DNA of 64,000 nucleotides, taken from assembly GCF_963921235.1 (NCBI RefSeq), contig NC_086097.1:101682001-101746000 (forward strand). The letters are read 5' to 3'. Position numbers and translations under genes: made by a program. The DNA is from Mobula hypostoma. Taxonomy: Eukaryota. Below are positions 22,297 through 35,600 of the stretch, in pieces. The notes beneath the pieces were generated by a model, which saw only the letters and a list, made by a program, of their open reading frames with translations, made no database searches and was not told the origin of the DNA. Each line of letters opens with the position of its first letter. The stretch's first letter is position 1.

Positions 22297-22395
22297 CTCC
22301 TCACCGTGCGCAGGAGTGTCGACCGGGCCTCGTTGTGGAAGGTGATGATGACACTTGTTGCAGGTAGGTCCTCGGCGTACGTGAGTGAAGAACAC
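22297..22395 (-). CDS. GALNT16: Internal coding exon (99 nt) of a polypeptide N-acetylgalactosaminyltransferase, GALNT16-like
   Basis: Minus strand: gttttcag|G TGT TCT TCA CTC ACG TAC GCC GAG GAC CTA CCT GCA ACA AGT GTC ATC ATC ACC TTC CAC AAC GAG GCC CGG TCG ACA CTC CTG CGC ACG GTG AGG AG|gtcagt = [32 protein letters not shown](S). This is the hallmark LPxTSVIIxFHNE motif of GALNTs. Confidence 0.93.
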
Positions 22396-22427
22396 CTGAA
22401 AACGTCAGAAACAGCAGATGAGCTGAC

Positions 22428-23046
22428 ATAAACATCCCATCACCCTGATTCCTACACACACTGTATAAACACATCACCCTGATTCCCACACACACTGTAT
22501 AAACAACCCATCACCCTGATTCCCACACACACTGTATAAACATCCCATCACCCTGATTCCTACACGCACTTTATAAACACCCCATCACCCTGATTCCTAC
22601 ACACACTGTATAAACACCACATCACCCTGATTCCCACACACACTGTATAAACATCCCATCACCCTGATTCCTACACACACTGTATAAACACCACATCACC
22701 TTGATTCCCACACACACTGTATAAACACCCCATCACCCTGATTCCTACACACACTGTATAAACACCCCATCACCCTGATTCCTACACACTGTATAAACAC
22801 TCCATCCCCCGTTCCTACACACACCGTATAAACACATCACAAGATTCTTACATACACTGTATAAACACCCCATCATTTGATTCCTACACACACTGTATAA
22901 ACACACCATACCCCGATTCCTACACACACTGTATAAACACCCCATCACCCAGATTCCCACACACACTGTATAAACAACCCATCACCCTGGCTCCTACACA
23001 CTCTGTATAAACACCCCATCACCCTGATTCCTACACACACTGTATA
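22428..23046. repeat. 35/37-bp satellite, proximal block
   Basis: Unit CCTACACAC(AC)TGTATAAACACCCCATCACCCTGATT. Confidence 0.95.
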
Positions 23047-24670
23047 CAAACATAGCAACATGGAAAATAGGTGCAGAAGTAGGCCATTTGGCCCTTCAAG
23101 CCTGCACCGCCATTCAGTATGATCATGGCTGATCATCCAACTCAGAACCCTGTACCAGCCTTCCCCCCATACCCCCGATTCCTGTAGCCACAAGGGCCAT
23201 ATCCAACTCCCTCTTAAATATAGCCAATGAACTGGCCTCAACTGTTTCCTTTGGCAGAGAATTCCACAGATTCACCACCCTCTGTGTGAAGAAGTTTTTC
23301 CTAATCTCGGTCCTAAAAGGCTTCCCCTTTATCTTCAAACTGTGACCCCTCGTTCTGGACTTCCCCAACATCAGAAACAATCTTCCTGCATCTCGCCTGT
23401 CCAATCCCTTTAGGATTTTATACGTTTCAATTTAAGATCCCCCCTCAATCTTCTAAATTCCAACGAGTATAAGCCTAGTCGATCCAGTCTTTCATCATAT
23501 GAAAGTCCTGCTATCCCAGGAATCAATCTGGTTAACCTTCTTTGTACTCCCTCTGTGGCAAGAATGTCTTTCCTCAGATTAAGGGACCAAAACTGCACAC
23601 AATACTCCAGGTGTGGTCTCACCAAGGCCTTGTACAACTGCAGTAGTAACTCCCTGCTCCTGTACTCGAATCCTCTTGCTACGAATGCCAGCATATCATT
23701 CACCTTTTTCACCGCCTGCTGTATCTGCATGCCCACTTTCAATGACTTATGTATAATGACACCCAGGTCTCGTTGCACCTCCCCTTTTCCTAATTGGCCA
23801 CCATTCAGATAACAATCTGTTTTCCTGTTTTTGCCACCAAACTGGATAACCTCACATTTATCCACATTAAATTGCATCCGCCATGAATTTGCCCACTCAC
23901 CGAACCTATCCAGGTCACCCTGCATACCCTTAGCATCCTCCTCACAGCAAACACTGTCACCCAGCTTCGTGTCATCCGCAAACTTGGAGATGCTGCATTT
24001 AATTCCCTCATCCAAGTCATTAATATATATTGTAAACAACTGGGGTTCCAGCACTGAGCCTTGCGGTACCCCACTAGTCACTGCCTGCCATTCTGAAAAG
24101 GTCCCATTTATTCCACTCTTTGCTTCCTGTCTGCCAACCAATTCTCTATCCACATCAATACCATACCCCCAATACCGTGTGCTTTAAGTTTTCACACTAA
24201 TCTCCTGTGTGGGACCTTGTCAAAAGCCTTTTGAAAATCCAAATATACCACATCCACTGGTTCTCCCCTATCCACCCTACTAGTTACATCCTCAAAAAAT
24301 TCTACGAGATTCGTCAGACATGATTTTCCTTTCACAAGTCCATGCTGACTTTGTCTGATGATTTCACTGCTTTCCAAATGTGCTGTTATCACATCTTTGA
24401 TAACTGACTCTAGCATTTTCCCCACCACCGATGTTAGGCTAACCGGTCTATAATTCCCTGATTTCTCTCTCCCTCCTTTTTTAAAAAGCGGGGTTACATT
24501 AGCCACCCTCCAATCCTCAGGAACTAGTCCAGAATCGAAAGAGTTTTGAAAAATTATCACTAGTGCATCAACTATTTCTTGGCTACTTCCTTAAGCACTC
24601 TGGGATGCAGACCATCTGGCCCTGGGGATTTATCTGCCTTTAATCCCTTCAATTTACTTAACACCACTTC
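23047..24670 (-). mobile_element. CR1 LINE copy A (RT region), inserted in the satellite
   Basis: NYRPVSLT, YLDFQKAFDKV, PQGSVL, KFADDTK and RPHLEYC with frameshifts; 3' tail at 23047. Confidence 0.93.
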
Positions 24671-26589
24671 CATAGAAACCATAGAAACTACAGCACAGAA
24701 ACAGGCCTTTTGGCCCTTCTTGGCTGTGCCGAACCATTTTCTGCCCAGTCCTACTGACTTGCACACAGACTATATCCCTCCATACACCTCCCATCCATGT
24801 ATCTGTCCAATTTATTCTTAAATGTTAAAAAAGAACCCGCATTGACCATCTCGTCTGGCAGCTCATTCCATACTCCCACCACTCTCTGTGTGAAGAAGCC
24901 CCCACTAATGTTCCCTTTAAACTTCTCCCCCCTCACCCTAAACCCATGTCCTCTGTTTTTTTTCTCCCCTTGCCTCAGTGGAAAAAGCCTGCTTGCATTC
25001 ACTCTATCTATACCCATCATAATTTTATATACCTCTATCAAATCTCCCCTCATTCTTCTACGCTCCAGGGAATAAAGTCCCAACCTATTCAACCTTTCTC
25101 TGTAACTGAGTTTCTCAAGTCCTGGCAACATCCTTGTAAACCATCTCTGCACTCTTTCAACCTTATTTATATCCTTCCTGTAATTTGGTGACCAAAACTG
25201 AACACAATACTCCAGATTCGGCCTCACCAATGCCTTATACAACCTCATCATAACATTCCAGCTCTTATACTCAATACTTCGATTAATAAAGGCCAATGTA
25301 CCAAAAGCTCTCTTTACGACCCTATCTACCTGTGACGCCACTTTTAGGGAATTTTGTATCTGTATTCCCAGATCCCTCTGTTCCACTGCACTCCTCAGTG
25401 CCTTACCATTAACCCTGTATGTTCTACGTTGGTTTGTCCTTCCAACGTGCAATACCTCACACTGGTCAGTATTAAACTCCATCTGCCATTTTTCAGCCCA
25501 TTTTTCCAGCTGGTCCAAGTCCCTCTGCAGGCTCTGAAAATCTTCCTCACTGTCTACTACACCTCCAATCTTTGTATCATCAGCAAACTTGCTGATCCAA
25601 TTTACCACATTATCATCCAGATCATTGATATAGATGACAAATAACAATGCGCCCAGCACTGATCCCTGTGGCACACCACTAGTCACAGGCCTCCACTCAG
25701 AGAAGCAATTCTCTACCACCACTCTCTGGCTTCTTCCATCGAGCCAATGTCTAATCCAACTTACCACCTCTCCATGTATACCCAGCGACTGAATTTTCCT
25801 AACTAACCTCCCATGCGGGACTTTGTCAAAGGCCTTACTGAAGTCCATGTAGACAATATCCACTGCCTTCCCTTCATCCACTTACCTGGTAACCTCCTCG
25901 AAAAACTCCAATAGATTGGTCAAACATGACCTACCACGCACAAAGCCATGTTGACTCTCCCTAATAAGTCCCAGTCTATTAAAATGCTTGTAGATTCTGT
26001 CTCTTAGGACTCCCTCCAATAACTTACCTACTACCGACATTAAACTTACTGGCGTATGATTTCCCGGATTACTTTTCGATCCTTTTTTAAACAACGGAAC
26101 AACATGAGCCACTCTCCAATCCTCCGGCACCTCACCTGTAGACAGCGACATTTTAAATATTTCAGCCAGGGCCCCTGCAATTTCAACACTAGTCTCCTTC
26201 AAGGTCCGAGGGAACACCCTGTCAGGTCCCGGGGATTTATCCACTTTAATTTTCCTCAAGACAGCAAGGACCTCCTCCTTTTCGATCTGTACAGTTTCCA
26301 TGATCTCACTACTTGTTTCCCTTAATTCCATAGACTCCATGCCAGTTTCCTTAGTAAACACAGACGCAAAAAACCTATTTAAGATCGCCTTCATTTCCTT
26401 TGGTTCCGCACACAGCCGACCACTCTGATCTTGAAGAGGACCAATTTTATCCCTTACAATCCTTTTGCTCTTAATATACCTGTAAAAGCTCTTTGGATTA
26501 TCCTTCACTTTGACTGCCAAGGCTACCTCATGTCTTCTTTTAGCCCTCCTGATTTCTTTCTTAAGTATTTTCTTGCACTTCTTATACAA
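24670..26589 (-). mobile_element. CR1 LINE copy B (young, different subfamily), 5'-truncated
   Basis: ORFs 26589-25882 and 25881-24751 are in the same frame, separated by one TAA (EEVTR*VDEG). All RT motifs are present; the tail is (TTTCTATGG)2. Confidence 0.95.
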
Positions 26590-26603
26590 CTAACAAGTAT
26601 TTC

Positions 26604-29600
26604 TGATTGCCACACATTCTATAAACACCCCATCACCCAGATTCCTACACACACGGTATAAACATCCCATCGACCAGATTGCTACACATTGTATAAACAC
26701 CCCATCACCCTCATTCCTACACACATTGTATAAACACCCCATCACCATGATTGCTACACACTGTTTAAACACCCCATCACCCAGATTCCGACACACACTG
26801 TATAAACACCCAATCACCCTGGTTCCTACGCGCACCGTATAAACACCCCATCACACTGATTCCAACAAACACTATATGAACACCCCATCACCCTGATTCC
26901 TACACACAGTATAAACACCCCATCATCCAAATTCCTACACACAGTATAAACACCCCATCATCCAGATTCCTACACACACTGTATAAACAGCCCATCACCC
27001 AGATTCCTACAGACACTGTATAAACACCACATCACAGTGATTCCAACAAACACCATATGAACACCCCATCACCCTGATTCCGACACACACTGTATAAACA
27101 CCCAATCACCCTGGTTCCTACACGCACCGTATAAACACCCCATCACACTGATTCCAACAAACACCATATGAACACCCCATCACCCTGATTCCGACAAACA
27201 CTGTATAAACAGCACATCACCCTGATTCCTACACACAGTATAAACACCCCATCACCCAGATTCCTACACACACTGTATAAACACCCCATAACCCTGGTTC
27301 CTACACAAACTGTATATACGCCCCATCAGCCTGATGCCTACACACACTCCATTAACACCCCATCACCCTGGTTCCTACACACAGTGTAAACAACCCATCA
27401 CCCAGATTCCTATACACACGGTATAAACACCGCATCACCCTGGTACCTACACACTGTATAAACACCCCATCACCCTGATTCCGACACACACTGTATAAAC
27501 ACCCAATCACCCTGGTTCCTACACGCACCGTATAAACACCCAATCACCCTGGTTCCTACACGCACCGTATAAACACCCCATCACACTGATTCCAACAAAC
27601 ACCATATGAACACCCCATCACCCTGATTCCGACACACACTGTATAAACACCCCATCATCCTGGTTCCTACACACAGTGTACAAACAACCCATCACCCAGA
27701 TTAAGACACACACTGTATAAACACCCAATCACACTGGTTCCTACACGCACCGTATAAACACCCCATCACACTGATTCCAACAAACACCATATGAACACCC
27801 CATCACTCTGATTCCGACACACACTGTATAAACAGCACATCACCCTGATTCCTACACACACTGTACAAACACCCCATCACCCAGATTCCTACACACACTG
27901 TATAAACACCCCATCACCCTGATTGCTACACACACTGTAAAAACACCCCAACACTCTGATTCCAACACACAATGTATAAACACCCCATCACCATGATTCC
28001 TACACACTGTATAAACACCCCATCACCCTGATTCCGACACACTGTGTAAACACCCCATCACACCGGTTCCTACACACACTGCAGTAACACCCAATCACCA
28101 TGATTCCTGCACACTGGATAAACACCCCATCACCACGATTCTCACACACACTGTATAAACAGCCCATTGCCATGATTGCCACACACGGTGTACAAACACC
28201 CATCACCCAGATTCCAACACGCACGGTATAAACACCCCATCACCATGGTTCCTACACACTGTATAAACACCCCAACACTCTGATTCCAACACACAATGTA
28301 TAAACACCCCATCACCATGATTCCGACACACACTGTATAAAAAACACATCACCCTGATTCCTACACACAGTATAAACACTGCATTACCCTCATTCCTACA
28401 GACACTGCAGTAACACCCAATCACCCTGATTCCTGCACACTGGATAAACACTCCATCACCACGATACTCACACACACTGTATGAACACCCCATTGCCCTG
28501 GTTCTTAGGCACACTGTGAAAACACACCATCACCCTGATTTCTCAACACACTGAATAAACACCCTATCACCCTGGTTCCTACACACTGAATCAAGACCCC
28601 AAGACCCTGATACCTACACACACTTTAGAAACACACCATCACCTAGATTCCTACACCCACTGTATAAAGACCCCATCAACTTTATTCCTACACACTCTAT
28701 ACACACGCGATCACCGCAATTCCCACACACCCTATAAACAACCCATCAACTTGATTCCAATGCACTGTCTAAACAGCCCATCACCCTGATTGCTACACAC
28801 TCTATAAACACCCCATCATCCTGATTCCGACACACACTGCATAAACACCCCATCACCCTGGTTCCTACACACACCGTATAAACACCCCATCACACTGATT
28901 CAACAAACACCATATAAACATCCCATCACCATAATTCCAACACATGGTATAAACACCCCATCACCCTCAGTCCTACGCACATTGTATAAATACCCCATCA
29001 CCCTGATTGCTACACACGGTATAAACACCCCATCACCACAATTCCGACACACTGTTTAAACACCCCATCACCCTGGTTCCTACACACACTGTATAAACAT
29101 ATAACCCTGGTTCCTACCAAACTGTATATACGCCCCATCAGCCTGATGCCTACACACACTCCATTAACACCCCATCACCCTGATTCCGACACACACTGTA
29201 TAAACACCCCATCATCCTGGTTCCTACACACAGTGTACAAACAACCCATCACCCAGATTCCTATACACATGGTATAAACACCCCATCACCCTGGTACCTA
29301 CACACTGTATAAACACCCCATCACCCTGATTCCGACACACACTGTATAAACACCCAATCACCCTGGTTCCTACACGCATCATATAAACACCCCATCACAC
29401 TGATTCCAACAAACACCATATGAACACCCCATCACTCTGATTCCAACAAACACTGTATAAACAGCACATCACCCAGATTCCTACACACACTGTACAAACA
29501 CCCCATCACCCAGATTCCTACACACACTGTATAAACATCCCATCACCCTGATTGCTACACACACTGTAAAAACACCCAACACTCTGATTCCAACACACAA

Positions 29601-32600
29601 TGTATAAACACCCCATCACCATGATTCCTACACACTGTATAAACACCCCATCACCCTGATTCCGACACACACTGTATAAAAAACACATCACCCTGATTCC
29701 TACACACAGTATAAACACTGCATCACCCTCATTCCTACACACACTGTATAAACACCCATTCACCCTGATTCCTACACACTGTACAAACACTCCATCACCC
29801 TGGTTCATACACACAACGTATCAACACCCCATCACCCTGTTTCCTACACACACTATATAAACACCCCATCGAACTGATTGCTACACATTGTATAAACACC
29901 CCATCACGCTGATTCCTACACACACTGTATAAAAACCCCATCACCCTGGTTCCTGCACAATGTATAAACAGCCCATAACCCAGATTCCTACACACACCGT
30001 ATAAATACCACATCACCCTGATTCCTACACACTGTGTAAACACCCCATCACCCTGATTCCGACACACACTGTATAAAAAACACATCACCCTCATTCCTAC
30101 ACACAGTATAAACACTGCATCACCCTCATTCCTACACACACTGTATAAACACCCCATCACCATGATTGCTACACACTGTTTAAACACCCCATCACCCTGA
30201 TTCCTACACACTGTATAAACACCCCATCACCCTGATTCCGACACACTGTGTAAACACCCCATCACACCGGTTCCTACACACACTGCAGTAACACCCAATC
30301 ACCATGATTCCTGCACACTGGATAAACACCCCATCACCACGATTCTCACACACACTGTATAAACACCCCATTGCCCTGATTGCCACACACGGTGTACAAA
30401 CACCCATCACCCAGATTCCTACACGCACGGTATAAACACCCCATCACCATGGTTCCTACACACTGTATAAACAGCCCATCACCCTGATTCCTACACACAG
30501 TATAAACACCCCATCACCATGATTCCTACACACTGTATAAACACCCCATCACCCTGATTCCTACACACAGTATAAACATCCCATCACACTGATTCCTACA
30601 CACAGTATAAACACCCCATCATCCAGATTCCTACACACACTGTATAAACACCCCATCACCCAGATTCCTACACACACTGTATAAACACCCCATCACACCG
30701 GTTCCTACACACACTGCAGTAACACCCAATCACCATGATTCCTGCACACTGGATAAACACCCCATCACCACGATTCTCACACACACTGTATGAACACCCC
30801 ATCGCCCTGGTTCTTAGGCACACTGTGAAAACACACCATCACCCTGATTTCTCAACACACTGAATAAACACCCTATCACCCTGGTTCCTACACGCACCGT
30901 ATAAACACCCCATCACACTGATTCCAACAAACACCATATGAACACCCCATCACCCTGATTCCGACACACTGTATAAACAGCACATCACCCTGATTCCTAC
31001 ACACAGTATAAACACCCCAGCACCCAGATTCCTACACACACTGTATAAACACCCCATCACCCAGATTCCTACACACACTGTATAAACACCCCATCACCCT
31101 GATTGCTACACACACTGTAAAAACACCCCATCACTCTGATTCCAACACACAATGTTTAAACACCCCATCACCCTGATTCCTACAGATACTGTACAAACAT
31201 CCAATCACACTGATTCCTACACACTGTACAAACACCCCATCATCCTGATTCCGACACACTGTGTAAACACCTCATCACCCCATCACCGGTTCCTACACAC
31301 ACTGCAGTAACACCCAATCACCATGATTCCTATAAACACACTGGTATAAACACCCCATCACCACGATTCTCACACACACTGTATAAACACCCAATCACCC
31401 TAGTTCCTACACAATGTATAAACACCCCATCACCCTGATTCCTACACAATGTATAAACACCCCATCACCCAGATTCCTATAAACATGGTATAAACACTCC
31501 ATCACCCTGATTCCTACACACACTGTATAAACACCCAATCACCATGATTCCTACACACTGTATAAACACCCCATCACCACTGATTCCTCACACTGTGTAA
31601 ACACCCCATCACACTGATTCCAACACACACTGTATAAACACCCCATCACCCTGATTCCTGACACTGTGTAAACACCCCATAACACTGATTCCAACACACA
31701 CTGTATAAACACCCCATCACCCTGATTCCTACACACTGTATAAATCCACGATCACCCTGGTTCCTACACCAACTGTACAAACATCCCAGCATTCGATTCC
31801 AACATACTGTATAAATACCCAAACACCCTGATTCCTGAACACTGTATAAACATCCCGTCACCCCTGGTTCCTACACACTGTATAAACACCCCATCACCCA
31901 GATTCCTAACCACAATGTATAAACGCCCCATCACCCCGATTCCTACAAACTCTGTATAAACACCCGATCACCCTGTTTCCTACACACACCGTATAAACAC
32001 CCAATCACCCTGTTTACTACACACGCTGTGGAAACACCCCATCATACTGATTCTACAAACACCATATAAAAACCCCATTACCCTGATTCCTACACACACT
32101 GTATAAACACCCCATCTCCCTGTTTCCAACACACTGTGTAAACACCCCATCACCCTGATTCTTACGTACTGTATAAATCCACGATCACCCTGGTTTCTAC
32201 ACACACTGTACAAACATCCCAGCATCCAGATTCCAACCTACTGTAGAAATACCCAAACACCCTGATTCCGGCACACTGTATAAACATCCCCTCACACTGG
32301 TTCCTACACACTGTTTAAGCACCCATCACCCTGGTTCCTACACACTGTACAAACACCCCATCACCCTGATTCCGACACATTGTATAAACACCCCATCGCC
32401 CTGGTTCTTACACACACTGTATAAAGATCCCATCAGCTTGGTTCCTACACACACTATATAAACACCCCATCACCTTTATTCCTGCACACTCTAAAAGACC
32501 CCATCCCCCTAATTCCTACACAGACTGTATATAAAAAGCCCATCACCCTGATTCCTACACAGTGTAAACACCCCATCACCCTGATTCCTACACACACTGT

Positions 32601-35600
32601 ATAAACACCCCAACACCCTGATTCCTACATACACTGTATAAACAGCCCAACACCCTGGTCCCTACACACACTGTATAAACACCCCATCACCCTGATTCCT
32701 ACACACTGAATAAACACCCCATCACCACGATTCCTACACACGGTATAAACACCCCATCACCCTGGTTCCTACACACTGTATAAACACCACATCACCCTGA
32801 TTCCTACACACACTGTATAAACACCCCATCGCCCTGGTTCATACACACACTGTGTAAACACCCTATCACCCTGATTTCTCAACGCACTGTATAAACACCC
32901 TATCACCCTGGTTCCTACACACTGAATGAAGACCCCAACACCCTGATACCTACACACACTTTACAAACACCCCATCACCATCGATCCTACACACATTGTA
33001 TAAACACCCCATGACCATGATTGCTACACACTGTATAAACACCCCATTACCCTGATTCCTACACACACTGTAAAAACAACCCATCACCCTGGTTTCTACA
33101 CAAACTGTATATATGCCCCATCAGCCTGATGCCTACACACACTCTATAAACACCACATCACACTGGTTCCTGTACACGGTGTACAAACAACCCATCACCC
33201 AGATTCCTACACACACGGTATAAACAACCCATCACCCTGGTTTCTACACACTGTATAAACACCCCAACACGCTGATTCCTACACACACTGTATAAACACC
33301 CTATCACCCTGATTCCGACACACACTGTATAAACGCCCGATCACCCTGTTTCCTACACGCACCGTATAAACACCCCATCACACTGATTCCAACAAACACC
33401 ATATGAACACCCCATCACCCTGATTCCGACATACACTGTATAAACAGCCCAACACCCTGGGTCCTACACACACTGTATAAACACCCATCACCCTGGATCA
33501 TACACACACTGTATAAACACACCATCGCCCTCGTTCCTACACACTGTATAAACACCACATCACCCTGATTCCTACACACACTGTATAAACACCCCATCGC
33601 CCTGGTTCCTACACACTGTATAAACACCCCAACACGCTGATTCCTACACACACTGTATAAACACCCTATCACCCTGATTCCGACACACACTGTATAAACG
33701 CCCGATCACCCTGTTTCCTACACGCACCGTATAAACACCCCATCACACTGATTCCAACAAACACCATATCAACACCCCATCACCGTGATTCCTACATACA
33801 CTGTATAAACACCCCATCACCATGATTCCGACACACTGCATAAACACCCCATCACCCTGATTCCGACACACACTGTATAAACACCCCATCGCCCTGATTC
33901 CGACACACACTGTATAAACAACACATCACCCTGATTCCTACACACAGTATAAACACCCATCACCCTCATTCCTACACACACAGTATTAACACCCAATCAC
34001 CATGACTCCTGCACCTGGATAAACACCCCATCACCCTGATTCCGACACAGACTATATAAACACCCCATCACCCTGATTCCTACAAGCACTGTATAAACAG
34101 CCAAACACCCTGGTTCCTACACACACTGTATAAACACCCCATCACCCTGATCCCGACACAGACTAGATAAACATCCCATCACCCTGATTCCTACATACAC
34201 TGTATAAACAGCCCAACACCCTGGTTCCTACACACACTGTATAAACACCCCATCGCCCTGGTTCTTACACACACTGTGTAAACACCCTATCACCCTGATT
34301 TCTCAGCACACTGTATAAACACCCTATCACCCTGGTTCCAACACACTGTATGAAGACCCCAACACCCTGATACCGACACACACTTTACAAACACCCCATC
34401 ACCATCGATCCTACACACATTGTATAAACACCCCATGACCATGATTGCTACACACTGTATAAACACCCCATTACCCTGGTTCCTACACACTGTATAAACA
34501 CCCCATCACCCTGATTCCTACACACACTGTATAAACACCCCATCACCCTGATTCCGACACAAACTGTATAAACGCCCGATCACCCGGTTCCTACACGCAC
34601 CGTATAAACACCACATCACATTGATACCAACGAACACCATATAAACACCCCATCACCCTGATTCCTACACACTGTATAAACAGCCCAACACCCTGGTTCC
34701 TACACAGACCGGATAAACACCCCATCACCCTGATTCCTAACCACACTGCATCAACACGACATCACCCTGATTCCTACACATACTGTATAAACACCCCATC
34801 ACCCTGATTCCTACACACACTGTATAAACACACCATCACCATGATTGCTACACAATGTATAAACACCTCATCACCCTGGTTCCTACACACACCGTATAAA
34901 CACCCCATCGTACTGATTCCAAGAAACACCATATGAACACCCCATCACCCTGATTCCTACACACACTGTATAAACACCCCATCACCCTGATTCCTACACA
35001 CTGTGTAAACACCCCATCATCCTGATTCATACACACTGTATAAACACCACATCACCCTGGTTTTTACACACACTGTATAAACACCCCATCACACAGATTT
35101 CTCAACTCACTGTATAAACACCCTATCACTCTGGTGCCTACACACTGTATAAGACCCCAACACCCTGATACCTACACACACTTTACAAACTCCCCATCAC
35201 CCTCAATCCTACACACATTGTATTAACACCCCATGACCATGATTGCTACACACTGTATAAACACCCCATTACCCTGGATCCTACACACTGTATAAACACC
35301 CCATCACCCTCATTCCGACACACACTGTATAAACACCCCATCACACTGATTGCAACAAACACCATATGAACATCCCATCACCCTGATTCCTACACACACT
35401 GTATAAACACCCCATCACCCTGATTCCTACATACACTGTATAAACAGTCCAACACCCTGGTTCCCACACACACTGTATAAACACCCCATCACCCTGATTC
35501 CTACACACTGAATAAACACCCCATCACCACGATTCCTACACACGGTATAAACACCCCATCGCCCTGGTTCCTACACACTGTATAAACACATCACCCTGAT

